From Catajapyx aquilonaris (lineage: Eukaryota): DNA of 64,000 nucleotides. The DNA is taken from NCBI GenBank assembly GCA_000934665.2, contig KZ538079.1, forward strand, positions 62,001-126,000. Reading direction: 5' to 3'. The translations under genes were made by a program, and so were the position numbers. Each line of letters opens with the position of its first letter. Within the stretch, counting starts at the first letter, position 1. Under the pieces are notes generated by a model. That model saw only the letters and a list, made by a program, of their open reading frames with translations, was not told the origin of the DNA and searched no databases. Positions 14,484 through 27,721 of the stretch are shown here, piece by piece.

Positions 14484-14516
14484 CTAATATTTCTCATTTT
14501 CTCCTTTCAGGTAAGG
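14484..14516 (+). other. Recursive splice site (ratchet point): branch point, polypyrimidine tract, CAG|GTAAGG
   Basis: ctaatatttctcattttctcctttcag|gtaagg: a strong acceptor immediately followed by a strong donor, on the gene's strand. Confidence 0.65.
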
Positions 14517-17500
14517 CCGAAGGCGAAACCCCCAGTCCCATTACTTCACAGGTTTTTGCACACAACTATGAGAGACGAAGCGGTGAGTAATGAAATTGCC
14601 TTCCGGGGTTGTTCACACCAATCATACATAATAATTCCGGAAATTTTTTGAGTTTGATTCACGTACGTGTCGACCGCAAATCTTGGGATTTCTGGAGGTG
14701 GGCTCTAGGCGTGCTGACGAATTATTAAACCTCCAGAGTTTATGTACTGCTCCGGACCTGGAGCGACTTCCGCACTTCATCTCTTTGGAGTTACGGGCAA
14801 TTTCCCGTCGCCGGAAACCGGACGCCATTTTTGCTGACCGTCGCTTATGGCTTTTGGACGAGCCAACGAAATTGTGTCGAGTTTCCCCCCCTCTTCATTC
14901 CACTTTCTATATGATTGAGGAAGTGAGGAACTGTTCACCTTTTAGCGGGAGTGCTAAAACACTGTAATGTACTTGCTGTACTGTTTGGTAAATTATTGAT
15001 ATTCTTTACACGGAACAGCGATTATCGGCAACCGGTCGCGTTGCTGGAATTTTCCTTTAGCTGTTTTTCAGCAAAATATATTTTGATGCTGTATCCCCAA
15101 ACCTGTATTTTTTATATTAATTTTTATTTTAATTAGAGCCACAAAATAATAGAAAACAGCTGCAATGTTGGACCACCCTGTAGTTAGACATCTTCACACG
15201 TGCCACTGGGGACTGTTGAGAAGCTGCCAAAAACCGGGCCGCATCTGACTAATGCCAGACCCTGCTGGGGGATTCGCAAAAAAAACCTAGAAGTGCAGTT
15301 TTTTGCACGATGCGGCATAGGGTTGAGGAAGCAGTGCTGATTAAGTTGTGGTTGTTGGCTTAAGGGTGGTTTGTGAAGTAAGAGGTCCTGGGTATGTATG
15401 GCAACCCGGTTTCTTGATGGATGATGATGAATGATAAATGGTTAAGTACGGTTATCTATCAAAGAGGAGTCCGCGAAAAATTGGCATGAAGGGTTTACGC
15501 CTGGCGGTGCGGAAACCTCTGGGTGCAGACGTGCGAGGAATCTGGGCTAATCCGATGCTTAATTATACTGAGGGGCAATATTATTTATTTCCTGGTCCGG
15601 CTTTTTGTGGGTGACGTGTTGAGCACGTTTGAGTGAGTGCTGAGTAATGTGATTATGTCACTTGACCTAGAGTCAAAAAAATGTCTTTGAACGTACATAT
15701 ATTTCAGCCTTCTAGCAAGGCCACTGATTGACTAAAATATTTAAAATATATTAGTCTATAGCCGATTTTCATACAATTTATTCATACCTGTCCAATGATG
15801 TTACAAAGTTGTGCTTTTGACATTTTTTGAGTTAAAAACTGACAGAGTGAAGGAGTGAAAGGTTTTTGCTTTATCGAAGAGAGAAAAGGGGGTCGACTTG
15901 TCAAAAAAGTTTCAGAAACGTACTGTACATCTGTGGACCTGTACAGCGCCTTCAACTTCCATATGAATTCACAACTAGGGTGTCGGTTTTTTGAAAGCTA
16001 TGCCCCCCCCCCCCCCCAAAAAAAAACGTTACTACTGCACTGCAGATATGGACTATGTAGCGGTTACGCAAATTTGCACACTCTTTTACATATGCCCGCA
16101 GGTTAGACTCTCGTAACTTTGCGAAAACTACGCGTAAATCAGTCGTTCTTTTAAAACGGGTTGTTCAACGTTTCACCTGATCATTCCGCTAGTTCAATCC
16201 GATTTAACTTAAATGCCAATTCTGCTCCACCTCTTTAAACTCGATTCATCCCAGGTGCTAATCGGATTAACTCTTGATCGCCATCAAGTTCCGCCGGTTC
16301 CCTCCAGGTGGCAAACTCAGCACCGCACTGCCCCGCCACCTCTGGCCCATCTCTTGAACTACGTGGAATTTGCTTGCAAATTCAAGCCTTTGGGCTAAAA
16401 ACATGGGAAGGAAATTGCTGGTTCCTTCGCCGCAGATTATCTCCGGAAATTAAGAGGAAGGCGGGGTAGAAAGGAGCGGAAAACATTACCAGCACGTGAT
16501 GACTCACCGCGGACAAACAGAGGCACAAATCCGATCCATTGAAGCCTGCTTAATTATGACAACTGAAATTTTTAACATGTTCAGTACCGTACGGAAAAAG
16601 CGGATTCCGTTATAGCCATGTTTTATTATTAGCTTCCACCCTAGTAGGCTATTTCCTTTTTTTTAAGGTGGGGAAGGTGCTATATTTTGCGAGTTATCTT
16701 TATGCGGTTAGACAGTTAAGTAATGGCGGTATGGGGATCTCCCCCTCTCTGGTTCTTTTCGTGTACAAATTTCCCCCATCTGTCTCGACCATTAGTACCG
16801 GTCGTGCTCGTACCCTGACATCACGTGACGCTTAACCCATATGCATTTTTCAGGTTCTCAATAGGTGTTATCAGTTGCGTGAGGGATTTTTTTTTCTTTC
16901 TCTCTCTCCCTGCAGCATATTGTGTAGGCTTATCTGTTTTGGGAAATTTTTTGGGGGGAGCCAACAACGTTATGAAGCGTGGAACGTTCGATGCGGCGTA
17001 GTTTTTATAAACCAGCCAAATTCCCTGGTGTAGTTTGGTTCAGTGCTTTCGATCTAGTTTGGCATTAGTTCCGAGCTAACCCATTTATGCAAACTTTTTT
17101 TTTTTTTTAGTGGAAGCGAATATTGGAGGGGAATTAGAGGTTTTCGAGCAGCCATGTTTACGTAAATGGTATATCGGCGAAAGTTTTTCGGGTACCTGAC
17201 GCATTTTGATGGATTTGTTGTTAGAGGTTAACATATATTTTCGAATTTTTGTACTGAATTATATTTTTAATTTTACGTATATTTATTAAAAAACGACATT
17301 TTGAGGATTTTGGCACATTGTCAAAACTCGCTTATAATTGGTCTCATTGCGTAGCTTGGACTAGATTGTTTTATTCATATAGGAAAGTGAACTTTTCGCC
17401 AAAATTTGGTAACACTGGCCCCGTCAACCGTAGACATAGTACCATGTGTATCCCACATGGAATCCGTCTCTGCACACTATACTGATGACTCTGAGGACAG

Positions 17501-17984
17501 ACAGAGGCTCGGATCAAATTTTCGATATGATTTTTTGTTGCAAATGTTAAATTAAGTTACAACACATGTTTAATTAAATAATTTAAATATTTTAATTAAT
17601 GTACCCTACGATTTCATTTGCATTTCATTAGCAAAATAATTTCGAAGCGAGTCAGAGTGTCAGTGACACCAGTGATGTCATTTTAGTACATTAAACTATC
17701 GCACTGTATAGTTACATCCCTGTGGACCTGCCAACTACTTAATTCGCCAGCAGTCCGGCCTGCACTAGAATCAAGCGGGGCCCCAGAGGTTGTTGATAGG
17801 TCGCTCCATATATTTTTTTTCTATTTATTCTGGCAGTGATCCCATGCAGTAGCACTATGCACTCTCACACACTACAGGGATGTGAGACCACTTTGGATTG
17901 ACCCTTCAAGTGGACTAGGGGCTGGTTTATTATAGGCCTTCCCAAGTTTTATCTCGAGAGAGTGAGAGGATATCTCTCTTCGCG

Positions 17985-18094
17985 ATGGGTGGTCGCGGAT
18001 GCTGCAGGTCCAGGAGGAGACCGCCACGTGGGAGCAGCAGCAACCTCCTATTCTTGCAGAGGTTCACAAACTCGCTGTTGTCGCTCATCAGCAG
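17985..18094 (+). CDS. Candidate alternative first coding exon of the IQSEC gene (MGGRGCCRSRRRPPRGSSSNLLFLQRFTNSLLSLIS)
   Basis: ATG at 17985, 36 codons + 2 nt, donor AG|GTAATG. Phase 2 fits constant exon 1. Lies in a GC-rich island within AT-rich flanks. Confidence 0.6.
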
Positions 18095-21000
18095 GTAATG
18101 TCACATCATCTCACCTGTCCGTAGCGGAATCTGGCACGAAAATTGTACTCGCAAGTCGCAACAATCAATTTCAGATCAAGCAATGGGTGCCAAGTCATAC
18201 TTATCAATATAAAGAAAAATATGTATAACCAACGACCAATTGAATTCACATGAAGCAATTAGTTTCACACGATTAAATTTAGTTATCGAAATATTTTCAT
18301 TCATTTCAAGGCACATGTAAATAATATTCAAGAAATTCACTTTTTCTCTCGTTTGAATGCATATGTTTCTGGAACCGTTCCCAGAAACTGATATGAGATT
18401 TTACACACGTCTATTTTGGGTATAAAGTGCTACGGTGTACTACTGTACATGTATATAGTAGCCTACGTTTACCTTATTTAAAGGTATACACTCACCTTCA
18501 AAAAATCACGAATCTTGCATGCTTCGGTCCAAATACACATTTCGCAATTCAATAACGCGATTTAATACACACCGGTTTAAATTATTTTTCCGTAGAGCAA
18601 TTTTTATTTTTCAAAAAACGGCTCTAAAATTAACATGCAAACCCGGAGTATGTAACAGTAAATTGCGGTGAAATGGTGAACTGTGGGCATTTGTACCAAA
18701 TGTTGCAAGATTTTGGTTGAAGATGGCTAATGAGGTAAATATAAATATGCTGTACATTACACCGTAGCACTGTATACGTACCAAAAGTGCGTGTAAAATG
18801 TCATACCGGTTTTTGGAACAGTGCTGGAAATACATGCATTCAAACACGAGAAAAAGTACCTCTTGTAAATGATATTTTCGTACCCCTTGAAATTAACATT
18901 AATTTTTCTATAACTAAATTTGATAAAACTAATTGCTCTATACAGCGTGAATGCAATTGGATGCGAGTTTAACTATTTTTCAACAAAATGTATGACTATA
19001 TGACTTATTAACCGCACTTATTGCCTGATCTGAAATGGAATCACTCTTCAATGAAAGATTCCATCCTGGGCCACACAAACGTTGCAGAAATTTCCTCTGA
19101 ACAGTACCAAAGGTCCGTTATGGGCAGGCTTCATAAGAGTTTGGTATTAAAGGGGGCCTATAACGGATCCGTTATAGGGGGCGACAAGTTTCCGCAGTGT
19201 CCAAGGTCTTTTTACCCTCTGAAGAGCAATCGCTGTCAACAGTTCCGTCATTTTTTTTTGAAAAGAGTCAGTTGTCATTAAACATTTCTGGCTCCTTTTC
19301 CAGCCGGAAAATATTTACTGGAAGTGGTATATCCGCGAGATGGTGCGAGTAACAGCATTTAAAACATATACGACATTCATATGTGTAGAAATCGATGTTA
19401 AGGCGAGATAACTCCACGCAGACGCGGGATACAATGCGGCCAGGTTTTTTTTTACTGATATATATACCGGCACCACGAAACACTGAAAAACCGGCTGTAA
19501 ATCAACCTCCTTAGTATATATAGACAGAGATAGACCTTCTAGATCTTCGTCTCCTGCTGAGATACTGTGGTGGATTGGGATTTTGGGAGAAGGTCTTGTC
19601 TCCCCGTTTGCATTGGAAGTGCTGCTCCGCCTCGGTGCAGGGTGGTGCATCGCCCAAGTTCAAGTAAAATTGGAGAAAATTGCTGGAGTGGACAATCTTG
19701 AATATATACTGTGGTTCGTGGGCCGTGTGTCACCCTGTATTTGCAACCAAAAAAATGCGAGGCAGAAACTCCATCTGTATCTATGCCCTTGGGGTCGCAC
19801 AAACTTTTCTATGCAGCTTTTTTTTTGATGAGTTTTCTTGCCTGGGAATGGAAGGCAACAATGGAGAAGTTTAACCTCCTAGAAACCAGTTAGAAAAAAA
19901 ATAAGCTGGTTGCTGGAGCGAACAAACTGGGCAGGTAATGGGCGAAATGAATGGGCGCTGCATTAAAATGTCACGCAGAAGTAGCTTAAGGGCAATTTAT
20001 GTTGTCAATCGAATGGTGTGCGGTTGTAATGAAAGGTGCGTTGATAGGCCACGGGATTTAATAATAAGCTCGTTTCAATATTGGCGATTATCGTGAATCG
20101 AAAGGGCATCAGGTCGGTAACCGAGAGAGGGTCGAATAAAGGGCATTGTTTGCGAAATATTGGTGCTTTGCAAATAAATATTATATTTACATAATATATG
20201 AAGCAGACTGTTGGTATTTATGTATGTCACCACGGCTACCTAACCCACTTATGGAGTACTGAGACTGCTAAAACCGTAGGTGTGTAGCCACTAGCCAACC
20301 TCATATCCCGGATTCGTGGGATATCCTCCCGGCTGATCCGCGCAACCCACCTGGCCCCCGGACCGTGCTTAGTGCTAAAAAAACGCGGTCGAAAGTAGTG
20401 CAAAATAGGGTGAAGGTCTTCCAGCAAAGCCAGGCCTAGTACACACACACCCACCCACCCACGGTATCCCATAGCAACCCTTACTCTGGACCAATTCGCA
20501 GGGACCGGTCTTGCGCCGATCCTGACGTCACCCATCTCTTTTTCCGGACTCTCTCTACGAATCCCAACTGCAATCACCTTTTTCCAGGGGAAGACTCCGG
20601 AGCGTGCAGGTACAATCCGGTGCTGCGGGGGTCATAGGTCAAAATTATAAATGTGTTGCAATTGCCCGGCCGCGAAGTGTGTGTGCATTCATTAAATTAG
20701 GCGGTGTGTTCGAGACTTAATGGATTGTTAAGAGGCTGTGTGGGGAGGGGGTTATCGATTTGGGTGATAGGAATAAGTGACCTTCGAGTGACGTTAAAGA
20801 GGGTGATATGTCACTGTCTGGTGGAGGTCGAGATAGTGGTATCCCCCAATGTCTGGCCCGTTTGCTGATACGGTGATTTAGATAGGGATGTGACGGTCTG
20901 TTCTTAGAAGAAGTTTTTTCACAGTCTGATGAGACTTGGTTGCACGAATGCATATTAAATGAGAAAATCTACTATTAGTGTCGGATAATTTGAGATTTTC

Positions 21001-21732
21001 ACTAATATATTCGTTTATACACCGGATATTGCTAATTCCATGGAGAATCGGTAATTTTTGCTCGTTTGCGTAAAACCGTCGTAAATATAATCGGAGATTT
21101 TCCTTAATTAGCTTTCATGCAACCAGTCCTTAAAACATTAGATATTAGCTGTTAAACCTCTCAGTGTTCGTATACAAGTGTCGATGGTCACAAGTCCTAT
21201 TTATTTATTTATTTATTTACTTGGGGTGGAACTGAGCTACTTCCTGCTAAGTTAGCAGGGGGAGAAAATGCGACCATTATTTATTAGTTAAGTTTATTTG
21301 AATATATCAGGAGACTGGGCATTTTACGTAATTTGTCATATCTGGGGAATTCATTGGCAAGTAAGCAGCTCCCTAACTAAGTTGCTAGAGACGTTTACAG
21401 CTACCATAACTTCCGGTATGCGACTATTTCCGCGTAGGATCCCTGTAGCAAACTTGCTGAAAACGTTAGAAGTTAGTAGATCGTAGATACGGTGTTTTCT
21501 GTTCGTTATCCGAGCGTTCAGTCACATCAGCAGACATCCGCTTCGGGCATCTCCTTTATCCCAGGTCGACACTATCAGAGCCACACGTGTTACATTGTTG
21601 TCATTCGCTAAGACACGACTTTTGTGGGATGCTGCCAGAGCAAAAATCAGTTGTTGTTTTTTATTACCACCGAAAACTTGACCTTGTGCCCAATAACCAG
21701 TTTTTGCTGAGATGTGACCGACCCCAGGGTCT

Positions 21733-21812
21733 CCTATAAATAGGCAGGTTGCCAGGAACCCAGGGCGTCTGCGTCGCCCTCAGGGAGACGCCGACGCCCC
21801 TGAGACGCCCCC
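21733..21812 (+). promoter_or_regulatory. TATA-containing core promoter candidate with clustered GACGC/GGCGTC motifs
   Basis: CCTATAAATAGG at 21733-21744 followed by several GACGCC/GGCGTC motifs, upstream of candidate exon 21857. Confidence 0.4.
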
Positions 21813-21856
21813 AATATTCAGATCACACTCGGCAGCAGACAACACCCTGGACAAAA

Positions 21857-22044
21857 ATGCACAGCACACGTCTGACACATTCGGAGGCGACTAGGCCCAG
21901 GGCCAGGCCTAGCTCAGTCGCGCGGGGCGGCGCGGCCACACGCGGCGCCCGCGCAGCTGCTCAGTTGCACCCGGTCAACATTCTGGTGCATGGGATCCGT
22001 CGCTTCTCACTCTTCTGCGCCCACAGCGACGACGACGACGACCG
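21857..22044 (+). CDS. Candidate alternative first coding exon (MHSTRLTHSE...HGIRRFSLFCAHSDDDDD)
   Basis: TATAAA at 21735, arthropod-type start context CAAAAATG, 62 codons + 2 nt, donor CG|GTAGGC (phase 2), strongly GC-rich. Confidence 0.55.
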
Positions 22045-24720
22045 GTAGGCGACAACTGGGTTCACACGAGTTGTCCCTGTCGTTGTGTCGTTGCGGTTGG
22101 GACACAACGCCAATGCTGATTGGTGAATCCCCAGCCGCAACGACCCATCGACAACGACCACCGCGTGTGAACACAGTCGGTGTTGTGCCTGTTGTGCCGT
22201 GACGTTTTTGTAGTGTTGGCAACTCCAGTGACCTGAATATCCCCGGGCTTTTGAATAACCGTGAGTGATGAAAAGGAGTCTCCATCCGCATGCCGAGCTC
22301 ACTAATATTAATTGAGCGCGCGTGCAAGATTAATCCGGAGTTAACGCGATTACGCCGTCTGCACCCGAGGACTATACGCCACTGGTTTTCCTAGGAGCAA
22401 CCCGAAATTATTCCCAGCTGGAAACCTTGGGCCGCAATGGCGACTGGACTTTATGCACTGCTTTAATGAGCACCACCAGGGTTAATGGGGTTTAAAAGTA
22501 TAATGAAGGACTGGGTCTAGATATGACGTGAAAATTAATTTAATAGCTCCTCGCCACGCTGCTTGCGACTCGCTGCCTAAAAGCGTAGCGAGAAAATCTG
22601 CGCGCGCAGCCAGTCCAAAATGAGCTTCCATGACACTTTTTGATAACTCCAAACCTGAAATTAGCCAATATATAGCCAAGGACCCTCTATTATAATCAGT
22701 TTGGAAGTGCGGAGGCGATTGAGTTAACAGGTCGAGCTAAATTGTTAATTAAAACTAATTTTATGAAGCGAGGGTCTGGTAACAAAGCTGCGCGGCTCAC
22801 TCGATTCCGATCAACTTCCGGGTCCCAACGGTTTCAAAAAAAAAGGAAGCTGAGGACGGGATTAGGGCAGGTCATGGTCGTTGGAGAGACTAATCGCGTT
22901 AGGTACTAACCTATCTGAAATAATGATGATAATTTAAAACTGGTTCTACACTATGGGCCAACTAGTTCTCACTATGACTCCCTGTAGCATTGTATATATT
23001 TTTACAGTAAATTTATTTTAATGTAATAAGATTTTGTTGTGTGCACTTATTCATATTGTAATATTTACATCAGGTTTTTTTATATTAGTGTTATTAGTTA
23101 AAATAAATTAACTTGAGAGTATGTGCATTTGATGTTTTTCAGTGTATTTGGTTTTTAGAATTTTGTATTTAATTGTTGTATTGCTATCTTGGGTTTTATG
23201 TTATTATTACATTATTTTTGTTCAATGAATTATTATACATTTTATTTTATTGCACCTACCCCAGAAAACATTTACCGGCTGGAAATGAGCCAGAAAAGTT
23301 GTTATTCGGCCGATTTTTTTTTGTAGGCAAGTTTTATATTAGTTATTATTTGTCGTATAAAAGTATTTGCATTACGCAACTTGCTGCCCCCTTTTCGTGA
23401 TTGGCTGCAGCAGCAGCAAACTTCCGGTGCAACTCATGCTATTAAGTTTCTCAGAACCATTAAGCGCGGGTAGTTAAAGAGTCATCAGTCACACGTTATT
23501 TTTGAATGTTATCGCTGAAAAGACATCTTGGGGTCGTCAACAACGCAATAAAAAATTTCTTGCTTTTATCGTATAGAAATATGTGGAACAGATACACATA
23601 GGGTGGTCTTTGGAATATCGGACCGCGCACTTTTGTACTCCACACGTGTAATTTCACTTACGCTAGCAGATGTCGTATCTCTATATGAATAGGTCCAGAC
23701 CGGTATGGAAAACGGTCCGTGGCAACTGGTATTTTTTGGCGGAGGATTTGCATTGGCCGGTTTCACAAAACTGGAAGGATAATAATTGAGGCACGTGGGG
23801 GTATTATGCCCCCCTCCCCCCTCCCCCGGATCGTTTTTTTTTTGGCGGTATATAGGGGGGAAGCCATTCATTTAGAGCAGTGCATTTTTTTGAAACGGCT
23901 TATAAAAGGCAGGCCCTTACTTCTCATTGAAGCAATTGCGTCAGTGACATTGACATGCTTTGCGGGGTTATGCTCTGAAGGGTGGAAAACGTGGGTTTTG
24001 TGCCGAAGTGTGGAAGCGTAATTAGTCCGCAAAAAGGGGGTCCGTTACATGCGGTCTGACTGCCCAACCTGAAATGTACAGGGTGCGACAGGAGAGTCGG
24101 TTGAAATTTTAAACCTGACCTTGACGAGTAAGCTAACTGATAAAGATCTGCAGAGAGATGATTTTGTCAGATGTAACTAACGTATATGGTTTCTCCAACC
24201 TAACTATCCGTTTATGGATAACTGAAGTTTTGTTTGATGCTGGATGTTAACCGTCAGTTAACATGTAACGGATCTTACTGGCCGTTTACAACTGACCGGA
24301 GTTTAAGGTTGATGAAATTAACTGTTAACTATCAGTTAAAACCCAGACGCTATACATGGTTAGCTTATTTAAGCAGTTACATTTGAACAGCTACTTTCCT
24401 GAGTAGGGTAACCAAAATATTAGCTAATTACCATTCGGTGGAATCAGCAAGTGTTTTAAAAAGTTGTCTGCGGGCCTAATCTGCAATTTAAAATGGGTTT
24501 AACAGTTAAATAGGTTTCTTGATTTTGTATTATGATCGGAAATTTATTACAGTTGAAAGTCTTATATAATTCTGATAAATTCTCTCAATTCAAACTCAAG
24601 GCCCAAATTAACGCTTAATCAATTCAAATTCAGTGTCTAAATTAATTCAATTAAATTATTCTGCTCGCTTTAATTGAAGGTCTGAATTAACTACACAATA
24701 ATTATCAGTTCTACTCGAAC

Positions 24721-24938
24721 TACACGGTGATGCAAATTCATGGGTTGTTTTTTTATAACTAATATCGCCCGATAGTAGTTATTTTTTGTAGATTGTTGTG
24801 CCCCGATCCAGGTTTCCCGTTATGGGATCGAATATTGCAGTTGCTATTGGGGGTCACGTGATTAGGACCACAACAAGCTACAATCGGGCGATATCAGTTA
24901 TTTTAAAAAACCGACCCACGAACTTGGAACACCCTGTA
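24721..24938. mobile_element. Tc1/mariner-type MITE (~214 bp)
   Basis: TA on both sides. About 60-bp imperfect TIRs: CACGGTGATGCAAATTCATGGG...ATATCGCCCGAT versus the reverse complement of the right end, CAGGGTGTTCCAAGTTCGTGGG...ATATCGCCCGAT. Confidence 0.8.
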
Positions 24939-26683
24939 TTAGTAACTATTATTTGAAGCTGTTTCGAAGCAGTTTAGTGCAAAACACGTTGGAAACACGC
25001 TGCAGAAATAGCTGGGTTATGATTGGTGGATTCCACCGACAACGACCGAACGACACCGACTCCAGTGTGAACCCCTTCTTATTTTCTCAACGATGACCTA
25101 ATCGGCTAACCATGCTTATACATTCCGATACAGGCCATGCACACCACATCATCTTGACTCAGCGGTCACATGTCGGTCTCCCCGATAACTATTAATAATC
25201 TGACCGCACATGACGTCACCAGGTGCGATAACTGGCCGCATAATCGATATCCCTCCCACCTTTCCACCCACATTTTGAGACACAAAACGGTCCGGTGCAC
25301 TTGCGCTTGCCACCTTTTTCATATCATCGGACCCACCCCCTCTTGCAGTGTGTGGGTTTGTGGATGCGGGGGTTGAGCTTCACCATTCGTGGTCCGGTGG
25401 ACGGTGCGTGCGGAAGGGGGATTCCGGGTATACACTATATTCCGGGGGTGGGGGGTTCTGTAAGCCAAGGACAGTTCGTCACCCAACCACCCACCAGCAC
25501 AGATGAGGAAGAGGGAGGCTGAGGAATCGATAGCATTGCAGGGGCCTAGTGACCTGATTACTCTGGGTGGGTGTAGTGCACTCTATCCGAGCGGTTCCAG
25601 GGGAGAGGGCGCATCCTGGAAGGTAGGCAGGTTGCACCAACACTTTAACGGACGGTTATTAAGAGCGGGTTAAGGTAGTGTGGTCACCAAATTCGTAAAA
25701 AAAAATCCGTACGATTTGTATGAATTTTTTTAACGGAAAGTGCAAACATTAATTGCAATTAGTAGATGTCACTTGGCGTGGCATTTAGCGTACAGTTTAG
25801 CTCTTATAGGGTCAAAGTTGTTGAAACTGAGTTTTAAAAATTGGATTGTTAACAAAGAGCGGGGTTTTGATGCGGATCGCGGTTAGGGTTGATTAATTGC
25901 GTTAAGCTCATTACGGTGCGCGACCTACTTGTGAATCGCAGGGTGAGAAACCGGTGACATTTGCGGGGTTTTACTGCGGAATTGTACGTGTTAGGTGCAG
26001 TTAATGTGGGAGCGTTAAAATCATTGCATGTCGTTGCACCAGGGGAGCATCCTAGTTAATACAAAATATCAGTTAGATTTTCTATTACAGTTTTTTTATT
26101 TCGCCAAATTGCCAATATTGTGTTTCGTTTTTGAAAAAATTGGCATTGGTTTGCTTTTCTAGTTTACTTCAGTTGTCAGAAATATTGGTTTGCTTTTAGG
26201 GTGAATTAGCACATTTTTAAAAACCCACTGTAGCATGATAAAAATGGATAGTATTCTTGACCTTTAACTGGACGTTGCGCAATTTTTAATTATTTTAGTT
26301 TTTAAATTTAAATTGTGGGACTATACACTGTGTACAGTAGCTTGCTGAAATTTTAACGGCAACAGCTGACAGTTAAACTAAAATATCCAGAAGCGCCAAA
26401 AGGCAAGCTTAAAACTTTGTTGTAAAAAATTTAATGGGCTGTGTATATATAAGCACGTTTTAGAAAATTTTTGTTTCAAACCTCGTTGCATGGCAAGCAG
26501 CGTAGTTAGCATTAATTAAACACGGGGAGTGAACCCCACACCTGCTGGTTAATTAATGTTAAATGTGCCGGCCTTAATAGCGGGCATCGGGCAGAAAATG
26601 TGAAACCCGTTACGCAACCTATTACTAAAACTTTTTTTTTCAAAGCATTCTTCCAGCTTGCATTTTTTAAAGCCTATTACACG

Positions 26684-27061
26684 TACAGGGTGGTGCATTG
26701 CGCAAGTACACTAATTGTTCACTCCAGCAACCAGTTAAAAGGGAAGCAACAATCACGATTGTTGGACTGTGTATGTGCTGAGGAAATTGAGTTATTTTTA
26801 ATTTAGTTAATTAATTTAAACTGATGCCAATACGCCACTATAGTAATTACCGGCGTAATTCAAACAAAATATTTACATCGTGACAAATCTAATAAATGTT
26901 AATTTGCAATTCTGTAAACATCAATTAGCCATTCATAACACATTTGCTTCTCCCTTTTTTTTGCACACAGTACACTGATTATTATTAGTTTCAATCGCGA
27001 ATGGTGACTGGTTGCAGGAGTGAACAATCTTACTGCTGACTTGTGAATGTGCCACCCTGTA
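26684..27061. mobile_element. Tc1/mariner-type MITE (~375 bp)
   Basis: TA|CAGGGTGG ... CCACCCTG|TA ends. About 55-bp imperfect TIRs sharing ATTGTTCACTCC(A/T)GCAACCAGT; a related fragment lies near 27940. Confidence 0.8.
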
Positions 27062-27653
27062 ATGCACATTTTAATTCCTGGGTCGACAACCCTCCCCGTG
27101 TGCCATACTTCGAAGGTAATATTCCATAGCGCCGCACAGTCTCTTCCGGTGCAAGATAATGCAATATTAATGGGCAAAGTTCGCTTCCCCCATTGTGTGA
27201 TCAATGCACACTTTTTTTGCAAACTATTTTTTAAGCTATCTTTGCGAAAAAGTCAGCTGGTTTGTCCAGTCTGCTTTTTTCGCGAAACTTCGGGCAACCG
27301 TGAAGAGAGTTTTGCACACACTTTTTTTTACGACTAAACTTCGCAACAGGGTGGCCAGGTGGACCCACCATCTTTGGAGGGTTTTTACAACCTTCGCAAG
27401 CAAAAAAAAAAAAATCTGCACGCAATTCATGCCGGGAGAGCTGCAATCGGCAGCCTGGGGCCATTACCGCCTGATTGTTTTTTTTTACCCTTCTACCTTT
27501 TTCCAAGCGTTGTGCCGTGGCAAATATACTTCTCTGAGAATCGGCCAGTGCGGTTGGTCTGTTTTGTTTGACGCGAGCATGTTGCAGTGCGTATGTGGTG
27601 GTGGTGATGGCAGTGTGTGTGCGTGTTGTTGTTGCAGTGGACACTAGAAGATT

Positions 27654-27721
27654 ATGGATGCGCCTTCGTTGCTCTGCGAGTTCGTCTGGGTCAAGGATTT
27701 CAGACAACCTGCATTTAGCCG
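27654..27721 (+). CDS. Candidate alternative first coding exon (MDAPSLLCEFVWVKDFRQPAFS)
   Basis: In-frame TAG 9 nt upstream of the ATG, 22 codons + 2 nt, donor CG|GTAATG (phase 2), preceded by a GT-rich leader-like stretch. Confidence 0.4.

Noticed and set aside
25503..25628. MRKREAEE...WK|GTAGGC first-exon candidate
   Set aside because: Phase 0, so it would frameshift the constant region.
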